A DNA stretch of 64,000 nucleotides from Candidatus Nitrosomirales archaeon (lineage in GTDB: Archaea; Thermoproteota; Nitrososphaeria; Nitrososphaerales; UBA213), in contig JBMCYV010000003.1 in assembly GCA_049199595.1 (NCBI GenBank), positions 28,421-92,420 on the forward strand, read 5' to 3'. Position numbers and translations under genes: made by a program. The notes beneath the pieces were generated by a model that searched no databases, was not told the DNA's origin, and saw only the letters and a program-made list of their open reading frames with translations. This document shows positions 8,951-17,580 of the stretch, piece after piece. Each line of letters opens with the position of its first letter. The first letter of the stretch is position 1.

Positions 8951-9394
8951 ATGGCAAATCACAAGAATGAGATCAAGAAGATCTTGGTTCCTATAGACGG
9001 TTCAGAAACATCGTTCAACACTGCCAGGCATGCACTTACACTGGCAGACGAAAAGGGTGCATCGATAACGTTGTTGCACGTTAGCGACATCCCACCCTTG
9101 CCATTACATGCAGGGCATCTAGAGAAATACTACGAAGAAGTTCGCCAGGAAGCTGACGAGTGGTTCAAGAAGATAAAGAACTTTCCGGAGAGCAAGGGCG
9201 TTGACATAAAGACCAAGGTAATCACTGCTGCAATGTCCGTTGTAGGCTCCATAGTGAAGTTTGCAGAAGACGAAGATATGGATCTGATAGTCATTGGCAC
9301 GAGGGGCAGATCCATGTTTACAAAAATGCTTCTTGGAAGCGTTACGAGCGGTGTTACCGCACATGCTACCTGCCCTGTTCTAGTGGTAAGGTAA
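8951..9394 (+). CDS. Universal stress protein (UspA family), paralog 1
   Basis: KKILVPIDGSETS ... DLIVIGTRGRS ... LLGSVTSGVTAHATCPVLVV. Close paralog of 38179..38631. Confidence 0.9.
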   Translation: MANHKNEIKKILVPIDGSETSFNTARHALTLADEKGASITLLHVSDIPPLPLHAGHLEKYYEEVRQEADEWFKKIKNFPESKGVDIKTKVITAAMSVVGSIVKFAEDEDMDLIVIGTRGRSMFTKMLLGSVTSGVTAHATCPVLVVR

Positions 9395-9420
9395 TATTTG
9401 CAGATGGCGGATGATAGTTT

Positions 9421-10281
9421 ATGAAGATCAAAGGGTTAATGGGCAGTGTTCCAGTTGGCGATAAAACAAGAATAATGGGCGTGATCAACGTCAGCCCTGA
9501 ATCTTTCTACAAGCAATCAGTGAAAGTTTCTGCAAGAGAAATAGCAAAGACAGCGGAACAAATGGAAGAGCAAGGCGCAGACTTTATAGATATAGGGGCA
9601 ATGTCAACCGCGCCGTACCTGAAGACCATGATATCCATCGAAAAAGAGATCGAGAGGCTCAAGCATGCTGTCAGGATTGTCAAACATGCATGCAGTTTAC
9701 CAATATCTGTTGACACACCAAGATCAAAAACTGCAGAAGAAGCACTGAACCTTGGAGCTGATATAATCAACGATGTAACTGGTCTAAAGTATGACTCAGA
9801 AATGGCAAGAATCGTTGCAGATCATGGGGCATCTGTGATTCTCTCTGCATATGAAAAGCATATTGTATCCGGAAATGCCGTAAGGACAACTATTCAGGCA
9901 TTAAAAAATAGCATCAGGATAGCAGGCAATGTTGGAATAAGATCAAACAAGATAATCGTAGATCCTGCTATAGGCTTCTTCAGAGCGAAGGGCAATAATC
10001 CATTCTTCACTAGGATGAAGGGAAAATGGCTGGATAGAGATCTGATCTTGATTGGAAGACTGAAAGATCTGCAAATCCTTCGCAAACCTATCTGCATCTC
10101 TGTATCAAGAAAGTCGTTCATAGGTAAGATTCTGAATATAGAAAACCCAGGAGATAGATTGTTTGGCTCATTAGCTGCTGAAACTATATGTGCACTCAAT
10201 GGGGCTCACATAATAAGAACTCACAATGTTTCTTCGACAGTGCAGGCAGTAAAGATTGCTAAAGCTTTAATGCGACGTTAA
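9421..10281 (+). CDS. folP: Dihydropteroate synthase (pterin-binding enzyme)
   Basis: Pterin-binding motifs are present: GVINVSPESF, GADFIDIGAMST, ISVDT, GADIINDVTG, DPAIGF, SRKSFIG, GAHIIRTHNV. Confidence 0.9.
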   Translation: MKIKGLMGSVPVGDKTRIMGVINVSPESFYKQSVKVSAREIAKTAEQMEEQGADFIDIGAMSTAPYLKTMISIEKEIERLKHAVRIVKHACSLPISVDTPRSKTAEEALNLGADIINDVTGLKYDSEMARIVADHGASVILSAYEKHIVSGNAVRTTIQALKNSIRIAGNVGIRSNKIIVDPAIGFFRAKGNNPFFTRMKGKWLDRDLILIGRLKDLQILRKPICISVSRKSFIGKILNIENPGDRLFGSLAAETICALNGAHIIRTHNVSSTVQAVKIAKALMRR

Positions 10282-10301
10282 GACTTGCGCCCAAAAGCTC
10301 T

Positions 10302-10694
10302 ATGTATGCGTCCCTTGCTATTTGCATCGTGAGCAAGAAGATAGCAAGGAACGAAGATGAAATAATTCCAGCAGAAAAATGGCTAGTATCGTTTAGAAAG
10401 AACGGAAGGTCGTTCATACGCCAGTTCAGAGCAGAAGGTTACTACGAGGCGTACAATACCGTACTCACGTATGCTGAAAAGCGCAAATCAGAAGTTTTAT
10501 GGTTCAAGGAGAAGCGAAACTGCGATCAGCATCTTAACAGAAACTATCCCGAACTTGAGACTATTTGTGTCTACTGCCGTGCGATCTTCAATGAAAAAGA
10601 ACCTATTCCATGTTACGATGAAAATTGCAAAGCAATCTTTTGTTCGAAGAGCTGCATGCAGGAACATTACAAATTTAGACACAAGCGTGCATAA
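10302..10694 (+). CDS. Hypothetical protein with C-terminal HIT/MYND-like cross-braced zinc finger
   Basis: 130-aa ORF. The C-terminus reads CVYC-x11-CYDENC-x4-CSKSC-x3-H-x4-H, which gives eight potential Zn ligands. Confidence 0.45.
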   Translation: MYASLAICIVSKKIARNEDEIIPAEKWLVSFRKNGRSFIRQFRAEGYYEAYNTVLTYAEKRKSEVLWFKEKRNCDQHLNRNYPELETICVYCRAIFNEKEPIPCYDENCKAIFCSKSCMQEHYKFRHKRA

Positions 10695-10747
10695 AGCAAA
10701 CTGAAAGATTTAAGAGATTCTTAACGTGATAATCATACTTGCAAAAT

Positions 10748-11125
10748 ATGTATAGATTCTTGATAATACTAACAATTGCAGTATCGTTCTTCTTACCATC
10801 AATAGCAAATGTATATGCTGCTGAAGAAGTGCCAACCTTCACAGCCAACGTTGGAGAACTCAAAAAGATTACTTTCAAACTAGCAATTCCTGCGAAAACG
10901 CCGGAGGAATTTGCATACGCCATCCAAGTGAAGGACGGGGAGGGTTTTACCGATCAACTTTCTCTGGTTCAAGGCAGCTTGGAAGCGGGGGACTACACTC
11001 CACAACAGAGCTGGATACCAGAGAAACCGGGAGAATGCCTTGTAGAAATATTTGTATTCTATTGCTTAGACTGTCACCATCCGTTGATGTCTCCTTTAAC
11101 TATGAAGGTAATTGTTGAAGAATAA
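10748..11125 (+). CDS. Small secreted hypothetical protein
   Basis: An ATG at 10748 gives MYRFLIILTIAVSFFLPSIANVYA/AEE, a signal peptide with an AxA-type site. The ORF track starts at TTG 10739. No motif was recognised. Confidence 0.5.
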   Translation: MYRFLIILTIAVSFFLPSIANVYAAEEVPTFTANVGELKKITFKLAIPAKTPEEFAYAIQVKDGEGFTDQLSLVQGSLEAGDYTPQQSWIPEKPGECLVEIFVFYCLDCHHPLMSPLTMKVIVEE

Positions 11126-11194
11126 TTGCTGTCAGAATTAGAAAATAAGGCAAAGGCTTATAATACTTATTTTGAATTACTAGCGAGGGATTAG

Positions 11195-12628
11195 TTGGAT
11201 ATTAAGGAAGGACTGACATTCGACGACGTGCTTCTAGTCCCGAAGCGCTCTAACGTAATTTCTAGATCACAGACTAATCTAAAAACAAAACTATCTCGCA
11301 AGATCAGCCTCAACATACCCATGGTGAGCGCAAACATGGATACGGTTACTGAATCAAACATGGCCATAGCGCTTGCGAGAGAGGGAGGCATAGGCATAAT
11401 CCACAGGTTCATGACGATTGAGCAGCAAGTAGAAGAGGTGCAGAAGGTGAAACGTTCCGAAAGTATAATCATCGAACAGCCTTACACTATAACACAGAAC
11501 CAGACGGTAAAGGATGCTCTTGACCAGATGAGCAAGCGAGGAATTTCTGGTTTGCTGGTCATTGAAGATGGCAGCAAGCTTGTTGGCATAGTGACTGGCA
11601 GGGACATTGAATTCGAGAACAATTTGAACAGGAAGGTTTCGGACATCATGACCAGAAATGTTGTGACAGCAAAGTATGGTATTACAATCGAGGATGCCAA
11701 GGAGCTCCTGCACAAATATAGAATCGAAAAGTTGCCGTTGGTCGATGAGGAGAAGCGTGTCAAGGGTTTGATTACGCGCAAGGACATTACCAAAATGGAG
11801 CAGCATCCTTTTGCGTCAAAGGACAAGAAGGGCAGGTTGCTTGTGGGAGCAGCAGTTGGTGTCAAAGGTGATTTTATGGACAGAACTGAAGCCTTGATGG
11901 AGGCTGGTGCTGATACTATTGTCGTTGATATCGCTCATGGGCATAGCGAGAATGCTATCAGGACGGTGCATATGATCAAGAAAGCATTTCCAGACTGCGA
12001 GCTTATTGCTGGCAATGTTGCAACTCCAGAAGGTGCTAAAGATCTCATTGAAGCTGGTGTAGACGCTATGAAAGTTGGTGTTGGTTCGGGTTCGATATGC
12101 ATAACAAGGATAGTAACAGGTTCTGGCGTACCCCAACTAACGGCCATAATGGACTGTGCGAAGGCTGCCAAGGACCATGATATCCCTCTGATAGCAGATG
12201 GAGGCATAAGAAATGCTGGCGATATTACGAAGGCATTGGCTGCGGGCGCATCGACAGTAATGATAGGCAGTCTGCTTGCCGGTACTGACGAAAGCCCTGG
12301 TGCGAATCTGACCAAGAATGGCAAGAGATACAAGATCTACAGAGGGATGGCCTCGTTCTATGCATCCTTGGGAAGAAAGTTCAGGGAGGAGGGTGGATTA
12401 ACTATCGAAGATGATCTTAATGATTATGTTCCTGAAGGCGTTGAAGCTCTGGTAGAATACAAGGGAAGTGTAGTTGAGATTGTAAGACAGCTAGCGGGAG
12501 GTTTACGTTCTGGGTTGAGCTACTGCGGTGCAAGCACGATACCTGAAATGCAGAAGAATGCGGAGTTCATCAAGATAACTACGGCAGGCTTCATGGAAAG
12601 CATGCCGCATGATGTGGATGTAATGTGA
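11195..12628 (+). CDS. guaB: IMP dehydrogenase
   Basis: It begins [10 protein letters not shown], carries an inserted CBS pair, and has the catalytic loop [11 protein letters not shown] along with [17 protein letters not shown]. It appears to use a TTG start. Confidence 0.95.
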   Translation: MDIKEGLTFDDVLLVPKRSNVISRSQTNLKTKLSRKISLNIPMVSANMDTVTESNMAIALAREGGIGIIHRFMTIEQQVEEVQKVKRSESIIIEQPYTITQNQTVKDALDQMSKRGISGLLVIEDGSKLVGIVTGRDIEFENNLNRKVSDIMTRNVVTAKYGITIEDAKELLHKYRIEKLPLVDEEKRVKGLITRKDITKMEQHPFASKDKKGRLLVGAAVGVKGDFMDRTEALMEAGADTIVVDIAHGHSENAIRTVHMIKKAFPDCELIAGNVATPEGAKDLIEAGVDAMKVGVGSGSICITRIVTGSGVPQLTAIMDCAKAAKDHDIPLIADGGIRNAGDITKALAAGASTVMIGSLLAGTDESPGANLTKNGKRYKIYRGMASFYASLGRKFREEGGLTIEDDLNDYVPEGVEALVEYKGSVVEIVRQLAGGLRSGLSYCGASTIPEMQKNAEFIKITTAGFMESMPHDVDVM

Positions 12629-12793
12629 TTTTTCATAAGATTTGGTACGGGTTGTAACTCAAGTTATAGATTCTAGCAATAGAATCTGTTGTATGGTTTT
12701 ATGGTTTTCAAGTCATAGTAATGATGACATGGATAATTGTAAAGCAAATTACATACAGCTTAATAGCCTAGCGTGATTTTACTGTTCTCAGAG

Positions 12794-13645
12794 ATGGAAA
12801 CGTACGCTAAGAGACTAAAGTACTCAGGAATAAGTCTGGGTGCTGTATTGATCATGGCATTTGTTCTAGTTCAACCTATAATGAATCAAGCATACTCTGT
12901 TGGTGTACAAGGACTTCCAGCCTATGATGATTGTGAGTTGAGAGGAGTAACAGAAATAATTAATGGTGGGAGTAAACCAACCCAGCCCGAAGATCCAATA
13001 TCAATGAATACTGTTAGAAACCAGAATATTGTGAAGACTATACATGCAGAGAAGGAGATCTTTGACTGCAGATTAAACCAAGGAAATCTACGTGTGATAG
13101 TTGATGTTACCACCTATATTGAATTATACGAAAATATTGCTGATAGAGAAGTTATAGCTTCAAGCGCTGTAGCAGTAACATGTATCAAGGATGAAGGTAC
13201 TGCCACAGTGATTGATTGCGAGTCAAAACCAATTTCGTCAAGCCCGGTACCTGTTGGGAGTGACTGCGTAGAATTGAACTATATCACGCATCCACAAGAA
13301 ATGAATACGGTGACCAAAGGTGCAACAGCAAAGACAATAGAGGCACAGAAAGAAGTATTCATCTGCCCGCTAGGGGATCCGATAAGAGAGCTGGGAGTAG
13401 ACGCACAAGGGGAAGTATGTGGCGATGCCATTCCATTCGAGTGTTTCCCAACGCTTAAGAAAGTAGAGGTAATCCTATTCACTGAAGTATACGAGAACTT
13501 AGCAACACAGACAGTTACAGAAGTGCAGTTCCATTCTATGCGATGTGTAGTCTTGATCACTAACGATCACTTTAATGAAGATCCAGAGGACGATGTCCAA
13601 GACGCAACGGTGGAATCATGCAAGTTATCAACCATCGAAAACTAA
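12794..13645 (+). CDS. Secreted Cys-patterned two-module protein, family copy 3
   Basis: The ORF track starts at 12773. The ATG at 12794 (METYAKRLKYSG..) aligns with the family starts and is preceded by AGAG. It contains module A (EDPISMNTVRNQNIVKTIHAEKEIFDC), module B (HPQEMNTVTKGATAKTIEAQKEVFIC) and the C-terminal VESCKLSTIEN. A 28-aa loop insertion adds two extra Cys. Confidence 0.85.
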   Translation: METYAKRLKYSGISLGAVLIMAFVLVQPIMNQAYSVGVQGLPAYDDCELRGVTEIINGGSKPTQPEDPISMNTVRNQNIVKTIHAEKEIFDCRLNQGNLRVIVDVTTYIELYENIADREVIASSAVAVTCIKDEGTATVIDCESKPISSSPVPVGSDCVELNYITHPQEMNTVTKGATAKTIEAQKEVFICPLGDPIRELGVDAQGEVCGDAIPFECFPTLKKVEVILFTEVYENLATQTVTEVQFHSMRCVVLITNDHFNEDPEDDVQDATVESCKLSTIEN

Positions 13646-13662
13646 TACGACAATCCAAAACC

Positions 13663-14211
13663 CTATTTTTGCGCATATAACCTTACAATGTCCGCAACAG
13701 TAGCATTACTTTTTCCTTGGCTGATCAATTCTATTGTATCGCCAGCTCCAACCATACCTTCCCGCAATACTGCCAGATAAAACCCAGTGCGACCACTGGC
13801 CAAAAAACGTTTGACCATATCAGCTCGTCCGAATTTGATCCCTAGCTTGTAGCACGGCAGTCTTGGTTGTGTAACTTTCAGTTCAGCAGTTCCTATGCGA
13901 AAACGATCGCCAATCTTAACTTTATCTTCCATCAATCCTTCTGTTGTAAAGTTTTCCCCGAACATCCCCCATGGTAGTTTCATGTTAGGTAATTTCTGTC
14001 GCCAGTATTCGTAATGTTCTTTAGGATACACGTATACGGCTTTGTCGGCACCTCCATGCACAGACAGATCTGCTTGCTTATCACCATCAATGTTGAGTCT
14101 ACGCAGCATGACTCGTCCTTTAACTGGTTCTTTGAAGATCCCCGTTGTTATGGTTCTGTTTTTCAAGGTCACTTCGCGTGGAGTTCCTACATTAAGGGAA
14201 ACAAGTTTCAT
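13663..14211 (-). CDS. MOSC domain protein (YiiM-like)
   Basis: MKLVSLNVGTPREV ... DLSVHGGADKAVYVYP ... GENFTTEGL ... VTQPRLPCYKLG. The ORF track extends to 14247, but the internal ATG at 14211 fits family N-termini. Confidence 0.85.
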   Translation of the reverse strand: MKLVSLNVGTPREVTLKNRTITTGIFKEPVKGRVMLRRLNIDGDKQADLSVHGGADKAVYVYPKEHYEYWRQKLPNMKLPWGMFGENFTTEGLMEDKVKIGDRFRIGTAELKVTQPRLPCYKLGIKFGRADMVKRFLASGRTGFYLAVLREGMVGAGDTIELISQGKSNATVADIVRLYAQK

Positions 14212-14378
14212 TGTAGATAATGTATTATGGTCCCCACTAACTTGCATGCTATTGCTTATGCTATATACGTTAAATTTGTTTTTCTAATTCTGTTCCATTT
14301 AGCGAGAATCATTGAGCATGCACCGAATGAGAAACTCAGAAGATATTAATAAGATGTTACACACATAGAGTTTTAGCA

Positions 14379-14936
14379 ATGATAATGTCTTTGAATAAAA
14401 AAGGTAGTCCAATGAAAATAGTTCTTGGAATGATTGCATCGGTATTGCTTCTATCTGTCTTTACAGTTCCGGCCTTTGCACACCATGCAGACGATAGTAA
14501 CAAGCCGACGATCAACATACCTTCCGATGGTTCCCATTATCTCCTAGATATCAACGGCGTAGCGCACATAGTTGGAACTCCTGATTATAAACCAGTTTCG
14601 GGTAAGCTGGAATGGGTTGTTGTAAGCGTTAAAACTTATGGCGTGCCGCAGTTCGGCTTTCAGCTTGTCTCTGGTGAGCTAACGATGGACGATACTACTT
14701 ATTCTTTGGACAGAGGAGTAATGAATATTCAAGTACAACGGATTCTATTGGAAGCTGCCGGAAGCGAATTGCACGATTTAGACATGTTTGCAACACTAGC
14801 AGGTCCTCTGCCGCTGTCTACGGAAGATGAGCCAGTAGTGGTTGTACCAGGTCAGGACAGGAAATCGGCAACGATGCGGATCGGAGCAGATAACTGGATA
14901 CTGGATTTTGACGCTACAATTGCTATGACGGCATAA
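14379..14936 (+). CDS. Secreted hypothetical protein
   Basis: 185-aa ORF with a signal peptide (MKIVLGMIASVLLLSVFTVPAFA/HH). No motif was recognised. Confidence 0.5.
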   Translation: MIMSLNKKGSPMKIVLGMIASVLLLSVFTVPAFAHHADDSNKPTINIPSDGSHYLLDINGVAHIVGTPDYKPVSGKLEWVVVSVKTYGVPQFGFQLVSGELTMDDTTYSLDRGVMNIQVQRILLEAAGSELHDLDMFATLAGPLPLSTEDEPVVVVPGQDRKSATMRIGADNWILDFDATIAMTA

Positions 14937-15080
14937 CCTGAACGCCAGCCGCGCGAACTAGAATATTTTTTAACGATAGTTAGTTGTGTAACTCACTGCT
15001 AGGTTATGGAAGCCGATTTGGCATGGAATTGGATAACATTTGGGGAAATCATTAAATCCCTAAATCAGAAACTAGGAACC

Positions 15081-15554
15081 ATGAAGAAAAAAATAATCGC
15101 ACCAATAATTGCAGCGATAGTGGTGATAGCTACATATCCACTATATTCACCGCTGTTCATAAATGCAGTAGTTGACGAACCATTACCGGAAAAGATGACG
15201 GCAACTGAACCTACTACAGCATTGAGAGGAAACTTTGTAGGAGTAAATGACGGAATACACAATGCTGAAGGCATAGCGAAGATACTTACGGCAAGTGACG
15301 ATCAAACCATGCATCGAGTACTGCGCTTAGAGAACTTCAAGGCAACCAACGGTCCTGATCTATATGTGTACCTGTCCAAAGATGGAACAAGCATAAACGA
15401 TGGATACGTTAACTTGGGAAGACTGAAGGGCAACATTGGAAATCAGAACTACGACATACCGGAGGATGCTAATCTAGAGGAATATGACAATGTACTGATA
15501 TGGTGCAAGATGTTTTCTGTGCTGTTTGGCCACGCAGAGTTGAAAGCCGCATAA
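15081..15554 (+). CDS. DM13 domain protein, N-terminally anchored
   Basis: MKKKIIAPIIAAIVVIA anchor, then a DM13-like pattern: G.F.GVNDGIHNAEG ... LENFKATNGPDLYVYLS ... LG.LKGNIGNQNYDIP ... VLIWCKMFSVLFGHA. The ORF track starts upstream at 15006. Confidence 0.7.
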   Translation: MKKKIIAPIIAAIVVIATYPLYSPLFINAVVDEPLPEKMTATEPTTALRGNFVGVNDGIHNAEGIAKILTASDDQTMHRVLRLENFKATNGPDLYVYLSKDGTSINDGYVNLGRLKGNIGNQNYDIPEDANLEEYDNVLIWCKMFSVLFGHAELKAA

Positions 15555-15556
15555 CC

Positions 15557-15563
15557 TTTTTTT
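15557..15563 (+). terminator. Oligo-T tract after the DM13 gene
   Basis: A T7 run lies 3 nt after the stop codon. Archaeal RNA polymerase terminates at oligo-T tracts (established knowledge). Confidence 0.35.
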
Positions 15564-15661
15564 CTTACTTGCGGCAGATCATGGAGACCATCAAGATTTG
15601 GGTCAGATCTGGACAAAAGATGGAAAAATGAATTTAACTTATCCATAGCGAACTAGCAGGC

Positions 15662-15844
15662 ATGACAAGCATGATGGATGAGATAATTGAAGAAGCTGCG
15701 AAGAGGTACAGCAAAATGCCCTTAATAGAGTTACTCGCGGAAGAGAACCTGATGGCAAGATTGTTGTATATAGGAAGGCATGATAATACGGCGAAGAGAT
15801 TGCATACAATACTACGTTCAGAGTTAGAACGTAAGCTACGCTAG
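15662..15844 (+). CDS. Small hypothetical protein, paralog A of a 60-65 aa pair
   Basis: YSKMPLIELLAEENLMARL...LRSELERKLR aligns with YRKMSLTELLTEENTVQRA...LHKELDKKLR of 19312..19509. Conservation between the two supports that both are coding. Confidence 0.45.
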   Translation: MTSMMDEIIEEAAKRYSKMPLIELLAEENLMARLLYIGRHDNTAKRLHTILRSELERKLR

Positions 15845-15956
15845 ATGGAGGAAGAGAATCTAAATTGAGATGCCTTTCACGTGTAGGATCGATATCTAAG
15901 CAAATGTTGGATCAGAAGAAGATTAGTGTAAGTTATGGTATAGATCTAATGGGTGC

Positions 15957-17573
15957 TTGGAAGTGACAGACGGAAGAAAGTACTTTATGCTAGGTTTCGC
16001 GGTAGGAGGCGTATCCCTCATAATCTCATTTCTTCTTAGAGTCTTTGCTGGGGGGTTATTCATTCCTGAGCTTGCTGCTCAGACCATATTCTCGCTAATG
16101 CCTGGAGTGTTAGAGTCCCAGGCAGTGGAGACATTGGGGCCTTTGGCAAAACAACTGACATTCGCAGGTGCGATCGTCGGTAACCTGTTTCTTTACGGAG
16201 AGCTTGGTGTATTACTGCATGGAACATATAGGAAACTAGCTGACAAAGGATATTTTGTAAATATCGTACAATTGTCACTCTTATCATATTTGGTTCTATT
16301 TGCAATAGCCGGAATAATGTTGGAGGTTACACAATTTCAAAGCCAACCTCTTCCTATTTCTCTTATAGCTCTTTACTTACTTCCGCCACACATTGCCTTT
16401 GGTTTCATCTTGTATTTGAAGTTCCGACGAGAAATTGCTAGATCAGAATCTATCAAACAAATAAGCACTGGATTGCAAAGTGAAACTGATCTTGGAAGAA
16501 GAAAATTCCTTAACATAGCTGTAGCAGGTGCGGTTGGAGCGGCAATCCTGTTTTTTGGAGCCGGTTTTCTGTTTCCCAAATCTGCGAAATCGCCAGATCA
16601 AGGATCTCAGCAGGCAGAACCTTCCAATTCTGAGGATAAATCTGAAAACGTGGCTCTTGCCTCGCTTCTTGTTTCGGAAGTTACTCCCACTGATCGGTTC
16701 TACAGAGTGGATGTGAATATTTTAACTCCAGCCATTAACGGTAATGCTTGGAAGCTTAGCATCAGAGGGTTGGTAAACAATCCTTTGGAGGTTGCATATG
16801 AAGAGTTAAAGTCACTACCTGCTGTAGAAGAGTACGCTACCCTCGAATGCATTAGCAACAAGATAGGAGAAGATCTGATTAGTACTGCTCAATGGAGAGG
16901 CGTTCCCCTGAAAACTATACTTGAGAAGGTTCAGGTTAGACCTGAAGCAACTTACGTTGTCTTCAAATGTTATGATGGCTACGATGTAGGAATACCTCTA
17001 GAGCGAGCTGAAGGAACTATTTTGGCTTACGAAATGAATGCGGTCGCTCTTCCCCAAGCACATGGATTTCCATTGAGAGCTGTTGTTCCTGGTCTCTACG
17101 GGATGATGAATGCAAAATGGATAACGGATATAGAACTGGTCGACATGGTCTATGAAGGATTCTGGCAGAGGCAAGGGTGGGCCAACAACGCTGAATATCA
17201 AATACATTCTACAATAGTTAGTCCTGGGCGAGCTCTAACAGCACGGTTCGGCGACCTTAGCTCCTCAAAACTTGTGCTTGGAGACAAAGTGCCGATAGCT
17301 GGCATAGCTTTTGCGGGAGATAAAGGTATATCAAAAGTAGAGCTTAGCATGGATGAAGGAAAGACTTGGGAAGCAGCTAGAATAACGGAATCGCTTTCAA
17401 AGAACACTTGGGTTCTATGGAGCACTGAATGGAGTCCGCCAGCTGCAGGAAAATATAGGATCGTTGTTAGGGCAACTGACGGAACTGGAAAGCTTCAGAA
17501 ATCAGAACTTCAAAACCCATTTCCAAGCGGTTCAACAGGTTATCACGGAGTCAATATAACGGTAGAAGCATAG
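15957..17573 (+). CDS. Sulfite-oxidase-family molybdopterin oxidoreductase (MsrP/YedY-like) fused to an N-terminal polytopic membrane domain
   Basis: The C-terminal part carries Mo-domain motifs: FYRVD, TLECISN, WRGVPL, HGFPLRAVVPGLYGMMNAKW and a dimerisation/Ig-like tail. The N-terminal ~180 aa contain about five hydrophobic segments. These are followed by an internal twin-arginine-like motif, GRRKFLNIAVAGAVGAA. Confidence 0.85.
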   Translation: MEVTDGRKYFMLGFAVGGVSLIISFLLRVFAGGLFIPELAAQTIFSLMPGVLESQAVETLGPLAKQLTFAGAIVGNLFLYGELGVLLHGTYRKLADKGYFVNIVQLSLLSYLVLFAIAGIMLEVTQFQSQPLPISLIALYLLPPHIAFGFILYLKFRREIARSESIKQISTGLQSETDLGRRKFLNIAVAGAVGAAILFFGAGFLFPKSAKSPDQGSQQAEPSNSEDKSENVALASLLVSEVTPTDRFYRVDVNILTPAINGNAWKLSIRGLVNNPLEVAYEELKSLPAVEEYATLECISNKIGEDLISTAQWRGVPLKTILEKVQVRPEATYVVFKCYDGYDVGIPLERAEGTILAYEMNAVALPQAHGFPLRAVVPGLYGMMNAKWITDIELVDMVYEGFWQRQGWANNAEYQIHSTIVSPGRALTARFGDLSSSKLVLGDKVPIAGIAFAGDKGISKVELSMDEGKTWEAARITESLSKNTWVLWSTEWSPPAAGKYRIVVRATDGTGKLQKSELQNPFPSGSTGYHGVNITVEA

Positions 17574-17580
17574 AAATTAT

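Noticed and set aside
12773-12793. Upstream alternative starts proposed by the ORF track for family copies 3 (12773) and 2 (2448). Similar 5' extensions apply to hisG, hisD, csl4, the DM13 protein, thioredoxin, the YgiT antitoxin and the PQQ dehydrogenase.
   Set aside because: Alignment of paralog N-termini (the AGAG-ATG context and the signal peptide start), together with removal of gene overlaps, favours the internal ATG codons used in the feature list.
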